NCBI GenBank assembly: GCA_031406075.1
Contig: JANOGP010000413.1
Coordinates: forward strand, 1-56,653
DNA: 56,653 bases
Reading direction: 5' to 3'
Origin: Betaproteobacteria bacterium
GTDB taxonomy: Bacteria; Pseudomonadota; Gammaproteobacteria; Burkholderiales; JACQAP01
A program made the translations under genes and the position numbers. The notes under the pieces were generated by a model, which did no database searches, was not told the DNA's origin, and was given only the letters and a program-made list of their open reading frames with translations. How positions within the stretch are numbered: position 1 is the first letter of the stretch; the number at the start of each line of letters is the position of its first letter. Shown in pieces: positions 37,956 through 46,219 of this stretch.

Positions 37956-38824
37956 AGCCGAAGGACCTTCCTGACGAGGGGTTGGTGCCTGCGAGTTCTT
38001 TCGTTTTTCAGGCCGACATCGAGTTCGCGCGCGATCCGGACGGCGCCACGGATGTCTGCCGGCAACGCGTGGGCTATCCCTTCCACCTTGGGAGGGCGTT
38101 GAGAATGCCCGGCGATCCGGCAGGCATGCCGACGGTGTACCTGCAGTCGTGCTCGGGCGGCATTTTCCAGCGCGACGATTTGCGAATGCGAATTGTCGCG
38201 GGCGCCGGCGCGTCGGCGCATGTAACGACCGCCGCTTCCACGGTCGTGCACGGCATGGAATCGGCCGGCGCACGGCAGTTTGTGGAACTCGAAGCCGGTG
38301 CCGGAGCGTTGCTGGAATACCTGCCCGATCCCCTGATCCTGTTTCCTCGCGCCCGCCTTGATAACGGTGTTCAGGTGCGGCTCGACCCGCAGGCATCGGT
38401 GATTCTCGGAGATGCGCTGATTCTTCACGACCCGAAGGGTGGGGGCGGCGCGTTCGAGTTTCTTGAATCGGAAACTGTCGTTCGTGACCGGGCGGGGAAA
38501 CTGCTGGTCTGCGATCGCTTCAGATGCAGCGGCGGCGATCTCGCGCGCGCGCGGCCCGGAATTAACGGAGCCTACGCGGCGCAGGCGACCCTGTTCGCGC
38601 TCACGTTGACGCGTCCCGCGAATGCGCTGGTCGGCGCGATGCGGCAGGCGCTGTCGTCGATCGAGGACGTCTATGCCGCCGCGTCCGCGCTTCCCAACGG
38701 CGCCGGCGCCTGGGTTCGCGTGCTCGCCCGCGACGCAATCGGCGCGCGCGCCGCACTGCACGCCGCCTGGGCCGCCGCACGCACTGAAATAACCGGCCAG
38801 GCGCCGGCGCCGCGACGCAAGTAA
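37952..38824 (+). CDS. ureD: urease accessory protein UreD/UreH
   Basis: 290 aa from ATG 37952 (ATGA overlap with ureG). Typical blocks [13 protein letters not shown] and [13 protein letters not shown]. Confidence 0.8.
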   Translation: MKPKDLPDEGLVPASSFVFQADIEFARDPDGATDVCRQRVGYPFHLGRALRMPGDPAGMPTVYLQSCSGGIFQRDDLRMRIVAGAGASAHVTTAASTVVHGMESAGARQFVELEAGAGALLEYLPDPLILFPRARLDNGVQVRLDPQASVILGDALILHDPKGGGGAFEFLESETVVRDRAGKLLVCDRFRCSGGDLARARPGINGAYAAQATLFALTLTRPANALVGAMRQALSSIEDVYAAASALPNGAGAWVRVLARDAIGARAALHAAWAAARTEITGQAPAPRRK

Positions 38825-39043
38825 ACGCGCGAACAAGAAAAAATGCGCAGTGTATTCTGTCGTTCGTCAATTGGTACGAAGAAATCGCGGGCACGATCCA
38901 CGCTCGCGTGCGCAACTTTTCCAAACAGCTCCCGCGGGCGTACGATAGGGTCTTAATGGACTTCGCCTTGGCATTCACGCAGACCGCGCCGCGGGTCGCG
39001 TACGCTTACGAACAGACCCCATGAGGAGTATGGAGGTGACGCA

Positions 39044-39862
39044 ATGAACGCGCCGGCAATGGACAAGATCATCGAGCAATATCGAATCTCCGAGGAGCCG
39101 TATTACCGGGCGATCGGCGACGAGGTGCAGACCTTCGATGCGGCGTACGCGGTGCGCATGCCGATAATGCTCAAGGGCCCGACCGGCTGTGGCAAGACGC
39201 GTTTTGTCGAGTACATGGCGTGGAAGCTCGGCAAGCCTCTCATCACGCTCGCGTGCAATGAGGACATGACCGCGTCCGACCTCGTGGGCCGCTATCTGCT
39301 GGATGCCGACGGCACCCGCTGGCAGGACGGCGCGCTGACGCTCGCGGTGCGCTACGGCGGAATCTGTTATCTGGACGAAGTGGTCGAGGCGCGCCAGGAC
39401 ACCACCGTTGTCATTCATCCGCTGACCGATGCGCGCCGCGTGCTGCCGCTGGAAAAGAAGAATGAGCTGATCCACGCGCATCCGGATTTTCAGCTGGTGA
39501 TTACCTACAACCCCGGCTATCAGAGCATCCTCAAGGATCTCAAGCAATCCACCAAGCAGCGCTTCGGCGCCATTGATTTTGACTATCCGACTCGCGACAT
39601 CGAGATCGAAATCGTCATTCACGAATCCGGAGTCGCAGCGGAGATCGCCGGCAAGCTCGTGACCATCGCCGAACGTGCGCGCAATCTGAAGGGCCACGGT
39701 CTGGAGGAAGGGATCTCCACGCGCATGCTGATCTACGCCGGCTCCCTGATTGCGCAGGGCATAGAACCCGTGTCCGCGTGCCATGTGACGCTGATCAAGC
39801 CCATCACCGACGATGCCGATATCCGGGACGCCCTCGGCGCCGCCGTGCGTGCTTGTTTCTGA
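39044..39862 (+). CDS. cbbQ: CbbQ/NorQ/NirQ-type MoxR AAA+ ATPase
   Basis: 272 aa: [67 protein letters not shown] (Walker A) and [15 protein letters not shown] (Walker B). Very close to CbbQ as I remember it. Confidence 0.85.
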   Translation: MNAPAMDKIIEQYRISEEPYYRAIGDEVQTFDAAYAVRMPIMLKGPTGCGKTRFVEYMAWKLGKPLITLACNEDMTASDLVGRYLLDADGTRWQDGALTLAVRYGGICYLDEVVEARQDTTVVIHPLTDARRVLPLEKKNELIHAHPDFQLVITYNPGYQSILKDLKQSTKQRFGAIDFDYPTRDIEIEIVIHESGVAAEIAGKLVTIAERARNLKGHGLEEGISTRMLIYAGSLIAQGIEPVSACHVTLIKPITDDADIRDALGAAVRACF

Positions 39863-39872
39863 ATAGTTTAGG

Positions 39873-40107
39873 TCAAAAGCATTGAGGCAGAGGGCGCAGA
39901 GGAAAAACGAGAGAGGACGCAGGGAAAGGCTGAGGATATTGGTATATCGGAATGGTATTCAGCAACCATCCCATGTATCGACATTGCCATATCCGGGCAA
40001 AAGCCAACAAATGCCGACTATCTACATGGATTTCATCGCCGAATCGTTTTTGTTTCCTCTGTGCTTTTTCTGCCTTTCCTCTGCGACCTCTGCGTCGACG
40101 CTTTTGA
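39873..40107. repeat. palindromic element, 9-nt-unit family (copy A3, GCGCAGAG/GACGCAGAG-type arms)
   Basis: The left arm is TCAAAAGCATTGAGGCAGAG|GGCGCAGAG|G.... Read on the opposite strand, the right arm is TCAAAAGCGTCGACGCAGAG|GTCGCAGAG|G.... It fills the cbbQ-cbbO spacer and ends 11 nt before the cbbO ATG. Confidence 0.8.
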
Positions 40108-40118
40108 TCTAGAGAGAT

Positions 40119-42419
40119 ATGGCGAAGCTTGAAGACTACAGCGAGCTCCTGACAGCGCTCGGGCCGCATGCGCGCCAGCTGGTCCAGTCCACCTGGCTGG
40201 AGGCCACGCGTTCGTTCAGCCCGTCCGGCCTGACTCGCTATCTGGAGGGTGCGCGTGAGATCGCCACCGCCGGGCTGGGCTGGAGCGTGGTACTGGCCTA
40301 TCTGCGGGAAACGCCCGCGATCGCGCGCCAGGTCGGGGAGACCACCGCGTTTCGGACCATCGATGTCGCGCTGACGGTATATGCTCGTACCGATGCACGC
40401 ACTGGCGAACAAGTCTTCTCGTCCAGTATCGTAGCCGCGCGCCGCCTTGGAGACAGCGCGCTGTTCGCCGCCTATCTGGATTTCCTGTCCGAGCTGGCTG
40501 AGCTTGCGCCGGCCGGAATAGCGCCGATCCTTAATCGCATCGACCGTCTCCTGGAGCAGCTCAGCTTCGACGGACTGCGTCGCTGGGCGCTGCTCGGTGT
40601 GCAGTCGCACATGCGCGACCCCAATGCACAGGCGCGTTACTTTCAGCTCGACAGCGAAGAAGGAAGGACCCTGCTGCAGGCCGAGGGCGACCAGACCGTG
40701 TTCGCCGACGTGGAGCGGCGCATGTCGCTCTATCTGCGCGCACTGTGGGGGCGCAACATGAAACTGCGGCCGGTGATCCACACCAAGGGCGCCAATGCCG
40801 GCCGGCGTTCGACCATCGACGGTCTCACTATCCGCCTGCCGCAGTCCTATCGCGGTTTTGCCGGTCAGTCGGGTCTGGCGCTTTACCGCGCGGCGGCGGC
40901 GCACGCCGCAGCGCACGTCGTCTATACCACGCAACGTTTTCCGGTGGGCAGCCTCAAGCCATTGCAGGTCGCGTTGGTCTCGTTGATCGAGGATGCACGT
41001 GTGGAGCAACTGGCGATCCGGCAATTCCCCGGGTTGCGGCGGTTGTGGAAGACGTTTCACGTGGCGCAGTCCGGCGGCGCAGTGACCGCAGATTCGTTGA
41101 TGGCGCGGCTTGCGCGTGCATTGATCGACGAGGAATTTACCGACGACGACCCGTGGGTGAGCAAAGGGCGGCGGTTGTTCTTCGAACAACGCGCCTACTG
41201 GGAAGACCAGTCGATCAGCCGCGCGCTCGGCGGTCCGCTCGGAAACGACATGGGCCAGATGCGTGTGCAGTTCAATTTCAAGACTTACGTGGTCGAGCCG
41301 GCGTATCGCGACGACAACCAGGGCGTTTGGAATTTTGGCGACATGGCTGAGCCCTCGCCGGATGAAGACGATGTGGTGACCCAGGGGGCGCGGCTGGCCG
41401 ACGGAGAAAAAGGCCCCGAACGGGAAGAGGAGGAAGAAAGCGAGCCGCCCCCAGGCGAAGAGGAGAAGGTCAAACTGACCGCGCCGTCAAAGCACAACGA
41501 GCAACTCAAGGAAGAACCGCTGTCGCCACCGATGCGCTACGACGAGTGGGACTATCTGATTGGCCGGGATCGGCCGGCCTGGTGCACGCTGCTGGAAAAA
41601 CCGGCCGAGGAGGGCGATGCGCACGACATCGCTGAGATCCTCGATCGAAACGAAGATCTGGTGAACCGGGTAAAGGTGCTGGTGAAGGCTGTGCAGGTAC
41701 AGCGACCGGTGCGTCTCAGGAGAAGGTTGGAAGGCGACAGGCTGGATCTGGACGCCTGCATCAATGCCACGATCGATCTGCGTACCGGCGTGCCGCCCGA
41801 TCCGCGGGTTCACGCGATCCTGGGCCGCCAGCAACGCGACCTTTCGGTACTGGTGCTGCTGGACCTGTCGCAGTCCACCAACGACAGGGTTGCGAACACC
41901 GATACGACGGTGCTGAATCTGGCGCGCGAAGCCACGGTGCTACTGGCCGACGCGATGGCGCGCATCGGCGACAGTTTCGCGATCCACGGCTTCTCGTCTA
42001 ATGGCCGGCACGATGTCGGCTATTACCGCTTCAAGGATTTCGAGCGGCCCTACGGTGATCTGGCGAAAGCGCGGCTCGCCGGCATGACCGGGCAGCTCTC
42101 CACCCGAATGGGCACGGCACTGCGCCATGCCGGCGGCTACCTCAAGGACAAGCGCGCGCATAAAAAACTTATTCTGCTCGTCACAGACGGCGAACCCTCC
42201 GACATCGACGTGCACGATGCGCAATACCTGATGTTCGACGCCAAGAAGGCGGTGGAGGAGAACAGCCGCCACGGCATCTTTACCTACTGCATGAGCCTCG
42301 ATCCGAAGGCCGACCGCTATGTCTCGCGCATCTTCGGCCAGCGCAATTACATGGTGGTTGATCACATCCGGCGCGTGCCGGAGAAACTGCCGATGCTGTA
42401 CATGCGGGTGACGAATTAA
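40119..42419 (+). CDS. cbbO: CbbO/NorD-type von Willebrand factor A protein
   Basis: 766 aa with a C-terminal vWA domain and MIDAS context VLVLLDLSQSTND...LILLVTDGEPSDIDV. The acidic linker EREEEEESEPPPGEEEK is typical of CbbO/NorD. Confidence 0.85.
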   Translation: MAKLEDYSELLTALGPHARQLVQSTWLEATRSFSPSGLTRYLEGAREIATAGLGWSVVLAYLRETPAIARQVGETTAFRTIDVALTVYARTDARTGEQVFSSSIVAARRLGDSALFAAYLDFLSELAELAPAGIAPILNRIDRLLEQLSFDGLRRWALLGVQSHMRDPNAQARYFQLDSEEGRTLLQAEGDQTVFADVERRMSLYLRALWGRNMKLRPVIHTKGANAGRRSTIDGLTIRLPQSYRGFAGQSGLALYRAAAAHAAAHVVYTTQRFPVGSLKPLQVALVSLIEDARVEQLAIRQFPGLRRLWKTFHVAQSGGAVTADSLMARLARALIDEEFTDDDPWVSKGRRLFFEQRAYWEDQSISRALGGPLGNDMGQMRVQFNFKTYVVEPAYRDDNQGVWNFGDMAEPSPDEDDVVTQGARLADGEKGPEREEEEESEPPPGEEEKVKLTAPSKHNEQLKEEPLSPPMRYDEWDYLIGRDRPAWCTLLEKPAEEGDAHDIAEILDRNEDLVNRVKVLVKAVQVQRPVRLRRRLEGDRLDLDACINATIDLRTGVPPDPRVHAILGRQQRDLSVLVLLDLSQSTNDRVANTDTTVLNLAREATVLLADAMARIGDSFAIHGFSSNGRHDVGYYRFKDFERPYGDLAKARLAGMTGQLSTRMGTALRHAGGYLKDKRAHKKLILLVTDGEPSDIDVHDAQYLMFDAKKAVEENSRHGIFTYCMSLDPKADRYVSRIFGQRNYMVVDHIRRVPEKLPMLYMRVTN

Positions 42420-42434
42420 GCTACCGCCCAGCCC

Positions 42435-43064
42435 GTGAACATCCTCGTTTTCGGCGCATCCGGCCCGACCGGACAGCAGTTGGTCATGCAGGCTCTGGGC
42501 CACGGTCACACGGTCACGGCCTTCGTGCGCAATCCCGCGGCATTCCCGACCAGTGGCGAACGCTTGCGCGTCGTCATCGGCGACGTAATCCAGGACCGGC
42601 CCAAGATTGCCGAGGCCGTGAGCGGGCAGGACGTGGTGATCAGCGCCCTTGGACGCCGGAATTCATTCAAGTCCGATCACCTGATCGAGCGCAGCATGCA
42701 GACGATCGCGCCGGAGATGGAGCGCGCCGGGGTGCGCCGCTTGATTCTGGTCTCCGCGTTCGGAGTTGGGAAGTCCCGCCGCGATGCGCCGCTGATTCCC
42801 CGCATCATGTATCGCGTCTTGCTGAGCGATATCTTTGCCGACAAGTACGCTGCGGAGGAGAATCTGCGGCGCAGTGATCTCGACTGGACCATTGTTTACC
42901 CGGTTATCCTGACCCACGGGCAGATGACCGGCGCGTACCGTGTGGGCGAGCGCCTCGAACTGCACGGGCTTCCGAAGATTTCGCGGGCCGATGTCGCTCA
43001 CTTCATCCTCGCCGAGATTGAAAAACGCGCGTTTGTGCGTAAAGTCGCGGTCATCAGTTATTGA
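42435..43064 (+). CDS. NAD(P)H-binding atypical SDR (NmrA/BVR-B-like)
   Basis: 209 aa with N-terminal Rossmann motif MNILVFGASGPTGQQLV. Confidence 0.8.
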   Translation: MNILVFGASGPTGQQLVMQALGHGHTVTAFVRNPAAFPTSGERLRVVIGDVIQDRPKIAEAVSGQDVVISALGRRNSFKSDHLIERSMQTIAPEMERAGVRRLILVSAFGVGKSRRDAPLIPRIMYRVLLSDIFADKYAAEENLRRSDLDWTIVYPVILTHGQMTGAYRVGERLELHGLPKISRADVAHFILAEIEKRAFVRKVAVISY

Positions 43065-43129
43065 GTGCCGGGCGCACGGCGAAATCGCCAAATGAAGTAT
43101 CTCTAGCGGACAACACGCGGCCCATCATT

Positions 43130-43170
43130 TTTTGACCTTAATTCCCTCTCCCGCCGGGGAGAGCGAGCCC
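43130..43170. repeat. CCCTCTCCC/GGGAGAG hairpin element (copy C1)
   Basis: Head TTTTGACCTTA followed by CTCTCCC-GCCG-GGGAGAG hairpin. The same head recurs at 43266. Confidence 0.7.
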
Positions 43171-43265
43171 TAAGTCTTCAAATTAAATGCGCACTATCGA
43201 TCGATCGTTTCCTGAATGCTTGTATCTGGGAAGACGGCTGGAACGCACGTTCATGCATTGTTCAA

Positions 43266-43343
43266 TTTTGACCTTATCCCCTCTCCCCTCGCGGGACTCA
43301 TTTCAGTACCCCCTCGAGGGGTAGAGGGCTGGGGAGAGGGGGA
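43266..43343. repeat. CCCCTCTCCCC/GGGGAGAGGGG palindromic element (copy C2) with G-quadruplex motif
   Basis: TCCCCTCTCCCC (43277-88) pairs with GGGGAGAGGGGGA (43331-43). Inner CCCCTCGAGGGG palindrome. G-runs at 43318-21, 26-28, 31-34 and 38-42. The right arm supplies the RBS of the GFA gene. Confidence 0.8.
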
Positions 43344-43780
43344 TGTCTGACATTCACGAGGGGGGTTGTCTCTGCGGAGCAGTCCGATACCGGACCACGG
43401 CACAGCCTGTCCGCACCACGGTTTGTCACTGCACGTTCTGCCAGCGTCGCACGGGAAGCGCCTTCTCGGTGGACGTGTTCTTCCGGGAAAAAGACGTGGA
43501 ATTCACCTCCGGCGTTCCGGCCTCTTTCGAGCATCGCTCGGACGAGAGCAGCCGCTGGCTGCGCGCAGAGTTCTGTCCCCGGTGCGGCACTCCGCTCGCG
43601 CATACCGCGGAGCTTTTTCCCGGAGTTCGTGCCATCGCCGGCGGCACGTTTGACGATCGTTCATGGTTCAGGATAGAACGCCACGTGTGGACACGATCGG
43701 CCTGTCCATGGGTGATCGTGCCGGAGGGCGTCGAGGTATTCCCGAAGGGTTCGGTGGACTCGATTCAAAAGCCGCTTTGA
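43343..43780 (+). CDS. GFA (glutathione-dependent formaldehyde-activating/CENP-V) family protein
   Basis: 145 aa with Zn-Cys pattern GGCLCGAVRY...VCHCTFCQRRTGSAF...FCPRCGTPL. Confidence 0.85.
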   Translation: MSDIHEGGCLCGAVRYRTTAQPVRTTVCHCTFCQRRTGSAFSVDVFFREKDVEFTSGVPASFEHRSDESSRWLRAEFCPRCGTPLAHTAELFPGVRAIAGGTFDDRSWFRIERHVWTRSACPWVIVPEGVEVFPKGSVDSIQKPL

Positions 43781-43908
43781 AGTGCTGAACGCGCAGCGCC
43801 ACTGGCGTCTGACTTTCGAATTCGCGAACGCACGCGCTGCATTGTGCCGCAACCGTTATGGCGGTCCTGCAGAAGAATCTCAATTCATCAACTGAAGGGG
43901 AAAGAACA

Positions 43909-45168
43909 ATGGCGGGACTCGAGGAAGCGCATTCGACCGACAGACGTCCAATTGCAAAGGTGCAACTGCGCCGTTCCCTGTCGCTTCCCCTCATCACCTT
44001 CTACGGCCTCGGGACGATTCTGGGAGCGGGGATTTATGTGCTGGTCGGCAAGGTGGCGGGCGTTGCCGGGATGTATGCGCCGATCTCGTTCGCGCTGGCC
44101 GCCGTGATCGCCGGATTGTCGGCATTCACCTACATGGAGTTATGTTCGCGCCATCCGCTAGCCGGGGGCGCGGCGGTGTACACGCAGGAGGGATTCGGCC
44201 TGCGCTGGTTGTCGATCCTGGTTGGATTCCTAATAGTGCTGTCCGGTCTGGTCTCTGCTGCGGCGATCTCCAGGGGGTTCGTCGGCTACTTCCAGGTCTT
44301 CGTAGAGTTGCCGGATGTATTCATCATCGTGGTTGTGGTCGTCGCCCTGGGGATGCTCGCGGCCTGGGGAATTGCGCAATCCGTTACCGCAGCGGCGGTG
44401 GCGACCGTAATCGAGGTCGGCGGGCTCATTCTCATTATCGTCGTGGCTTGGGCATCCTTCGGCGCGCTGCCCGAACGGCTGCCCGAACTGATTCCGTCGA
44501 TCGAACCGGTGGCCTGGGAGGGTATCTTTCTCGGCGGCTTTCTCGCTTTCTACGCGTTCATCGGTTTCGAGGACATGGCCAACGTGGCCGAAGAGGTCAA
44601 GGAGCCCGAGCGCAATATGCCGCGCGCGATCCTGCTCGCCATCACGATATCCACTTTCCTTTATCTCGCGGTATCGCTCGCCGCAGTCCTTGCGCTGCCG
44701 TTGGACGAATTGTCGGCGAGCAGGGCCCCGCTTGCGCTTATGTTCGAGCGGGCGACCGGCGCCAGCCCGAAAATCATGGCATCGATCAGCCTTTTCGCGG
44801 TGATCAACGGCGCGCTCATCCAGATCATCATGGCCGCCCGTATGCTGTACGGGATGAGCCGCGAGGGCTGGCTGCCGAAGGGAATCGGTGCAGTGAACTC
44901 GCGCACGCGCACGCCTATCTTCGCCACGGTACTGGTCTCGATCGGGGTGCTCGTTCTGGCCCTGGCCCTGCCCCTTGTGACACTTGCCAAGATCACGAGT
45001 TTTGCGGTGCTGGCGGTCTTCGCGCTGCTCGGCCTGGCACTGGCCCGGATGAAACGCGCCGGTCCGCCGGCGCCCGGAGTGTATACGGTGCCCGCCTGGG
45101 TGCCTTACGCGAGTACGGTCTCGGCGATCGCGCTGCTTGGTCTTCAGGTCTATGACATGCTGCGCTGA
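43909..45168 (+). CDS. APC-superfamily amino acid permease
   Basis: 419 aa from ATG 43909 (GAAGGGGA RBS). LITFYGLGTILGAGIYVLVGKVAG and a multi-pass hydrophobic profile. Confidence 0.8.
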   Translation: MAGLEEAHSTDRRPIAKVQLRRSLSLPLITFYGLGTILGAGIYVLVGKVAGVAGMYAPISFALAAVIAGLSAFTYMELCSRHPLAGGAAVYTQEGFGLRWLSILVGFLIVLSGLVSAAAISRGFVGYFQVFVELPDVFIIVVVVVALGMLAAWGIAQSVTAAAVATVIEVGGLILIIVVAWASFGALPERLPELIPSIEPVAWEGIFLGGFLAFYAFIGFEDMANVAEEVKEPERNMPRAILLAITISTFLYLAVSLAAVLALPLDELSASRAPLALMFERATGASPKIMASISLFAVINGALIQIIMAARMLYGMSREGWLPKGIGAVNSRTRTPIFATVLVSIGVLVLALALPLVTLAKITSFAVLAVFALLGLALARMKRAGPPAPGVYTVPAWVPYASTVSAIALLGLQVYDMLR

Positions 45169-45197
45169 TGTCGGGTGACGACCGCGAGAGACAATGA

Positions 45198-46070
45198 ATG
45201 AAACATCAGGAAGGGTTTTTCGGGGACGTTCGCGGCAGCAATAATTACTATCAGTGCTGGCTGCCGGAGGGTCCTCCGAAAGCCGTGTTGCTGCTGGTCC
45301 ACGGCCTCGCGGAGCACAGCGGGCGCTACGAGAACCTGATCGGACATTTCATTCCGCGCGCCTATGCGGTTTACGGCATGGATCACGTGGGTCACGGAAA
45401 ATCGGACGGCGCGCGGGCGTACGTCGAGCGCTTCAACGATTTCGTCGAACCGTTGCAGACGTACATTGGCATGGTCCGTGAGTGGCAGGCCGGTGTGCCG
45501 ATTTTTCTGGTCGGCCACAGCCTCGGCGGGCTGATTGGGGCGACGTACCTGCTGGATCATCAGGATAGCCTGCAAGGCGCCATCCTTTCCGGACCGGCAG
45601 TGAAGGTTCCTGACAACATATCGCCGGTGATCATATTTGCCGGCAGGATCCTCTCCGCGCTGATTCCCGGGATCGGTATTCTGGGGCTGGACCCACGCGG
45701 TGTCAGCCGCGACCCGGCGGTGGTGGCCGCTTACGTCAACGATCCGCTGGTGTTCACGGGCAAAGCGACGGCGCGTCTGGGCGCCGAAATGCTCAAGGCG
45801 ATGCGGCGCATAACGGCGGAAGCATCCCGGATCCGACTGCCTATCCTGATTCTCCAGGGCGGTGCGGACAAACTCGTCGATCCGGCCGGCGCGACGATGT
45901 TGCATGATCTGGCTGGCTCCACCGACAAGACCCTGAAAGTTTATGAAGGGCTATACCACGAAGTCTACAACGAGCCTGAACACGATCTGGTTTTGCGCGA
46001 CGTCGAGTCGTGGTTGGAGGCGCGTCTCCCACCTCCCCTCCCTGCCCTCCACCCCTCAAGGGGGTCCTGA
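45198..46070 (+). CDS. alpha/beta hydrolase (lysophospholipase/monoacylglycerol-lipase-like)
   Basis: 290 aa with LLLVHGLAEHSGRY and nucleophile elbow VGHSLGG. The last ~14 codons and the stop lie inside repeat C3. Confidence 0.85.
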   Translation: MKHQEGFFGDVRGSNNYYQCWLPEGPPKAVLLLVHGLAEHSGRYENLIGHFIPRAYAVYGMDHVGHGKSDGARAYVERFNDFVEPLQTYIGMVREWQAGVPIFLVGHSLGGLIGATYLLDHQDSLQGAILSGPAVKVPDNISPVIIFAGRILSALIPGIGILGLDPRGVSRDPAVVAAYVNDPLVFTGKATARLGAEMLKAMRRITAEASRIRLPILILQGGADKLVDPAGATMLHDLAGSTDKTLKVYEGLYHEVYNEPEHDLVLRDVESWLEARLPPPLPALHPSRGS

Positions 46071-46096
46071 ACTGAGTCCCGCCAGGGGAGAGGGAG
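46029..46096. repeat. CCCCTCTCCCC-family element (copy C3, inverted relative to C2)
   Basis: CCACCTCCCCTCCCTGCCCTCCACCCCTCAAGGGGGTCCTGAACTGAGTCCCGCCAGGGGAGAGGGAG aligns at roughly 85% by eye with the reverse complement of 43277-43343. Confidence 0.75.
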
Positions 46097-46111
46097 CCTC
46101 CAATCCCTAAA

Positions 46112-46146
46112 AGCAAACGGGCGACCAGGTGGACGCCCGTTTTGCT
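46112..46146 (+). terminator. putative terminator hairpin after the hydrolase gene
   Basis: AGCAAACGGGCG-ACCAGGTGGA-CGCCCGTTTTGCT is a 12-bp stem with one bulge. The T-run is partly inside the stem. Confidence 0.45.
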
Positions 46147-46160
46147 CTGGCGCCTCAGAG

Positions 46161-46201
46161 TTCCCTCTCCCCTTCGCGGGAGAGGGTCAGGGAGAGGGGG
46201 G
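46161..46201. repeat. CCCTCTCCCC/GGGAGAGGG element (copy C4) with G-quadruplex motif
   Basis: TTCCCTCTCCCCTTCGCGGGAGAGGGTCAGGGAGAGGGGGG. G-runs at 46178-80, 84-86, 90-92 and 96-201 are separated by 3-nt loops. Confidence 0.8.
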
Positions 46202-46219
46202 TGATGTTAATATTTCGCC

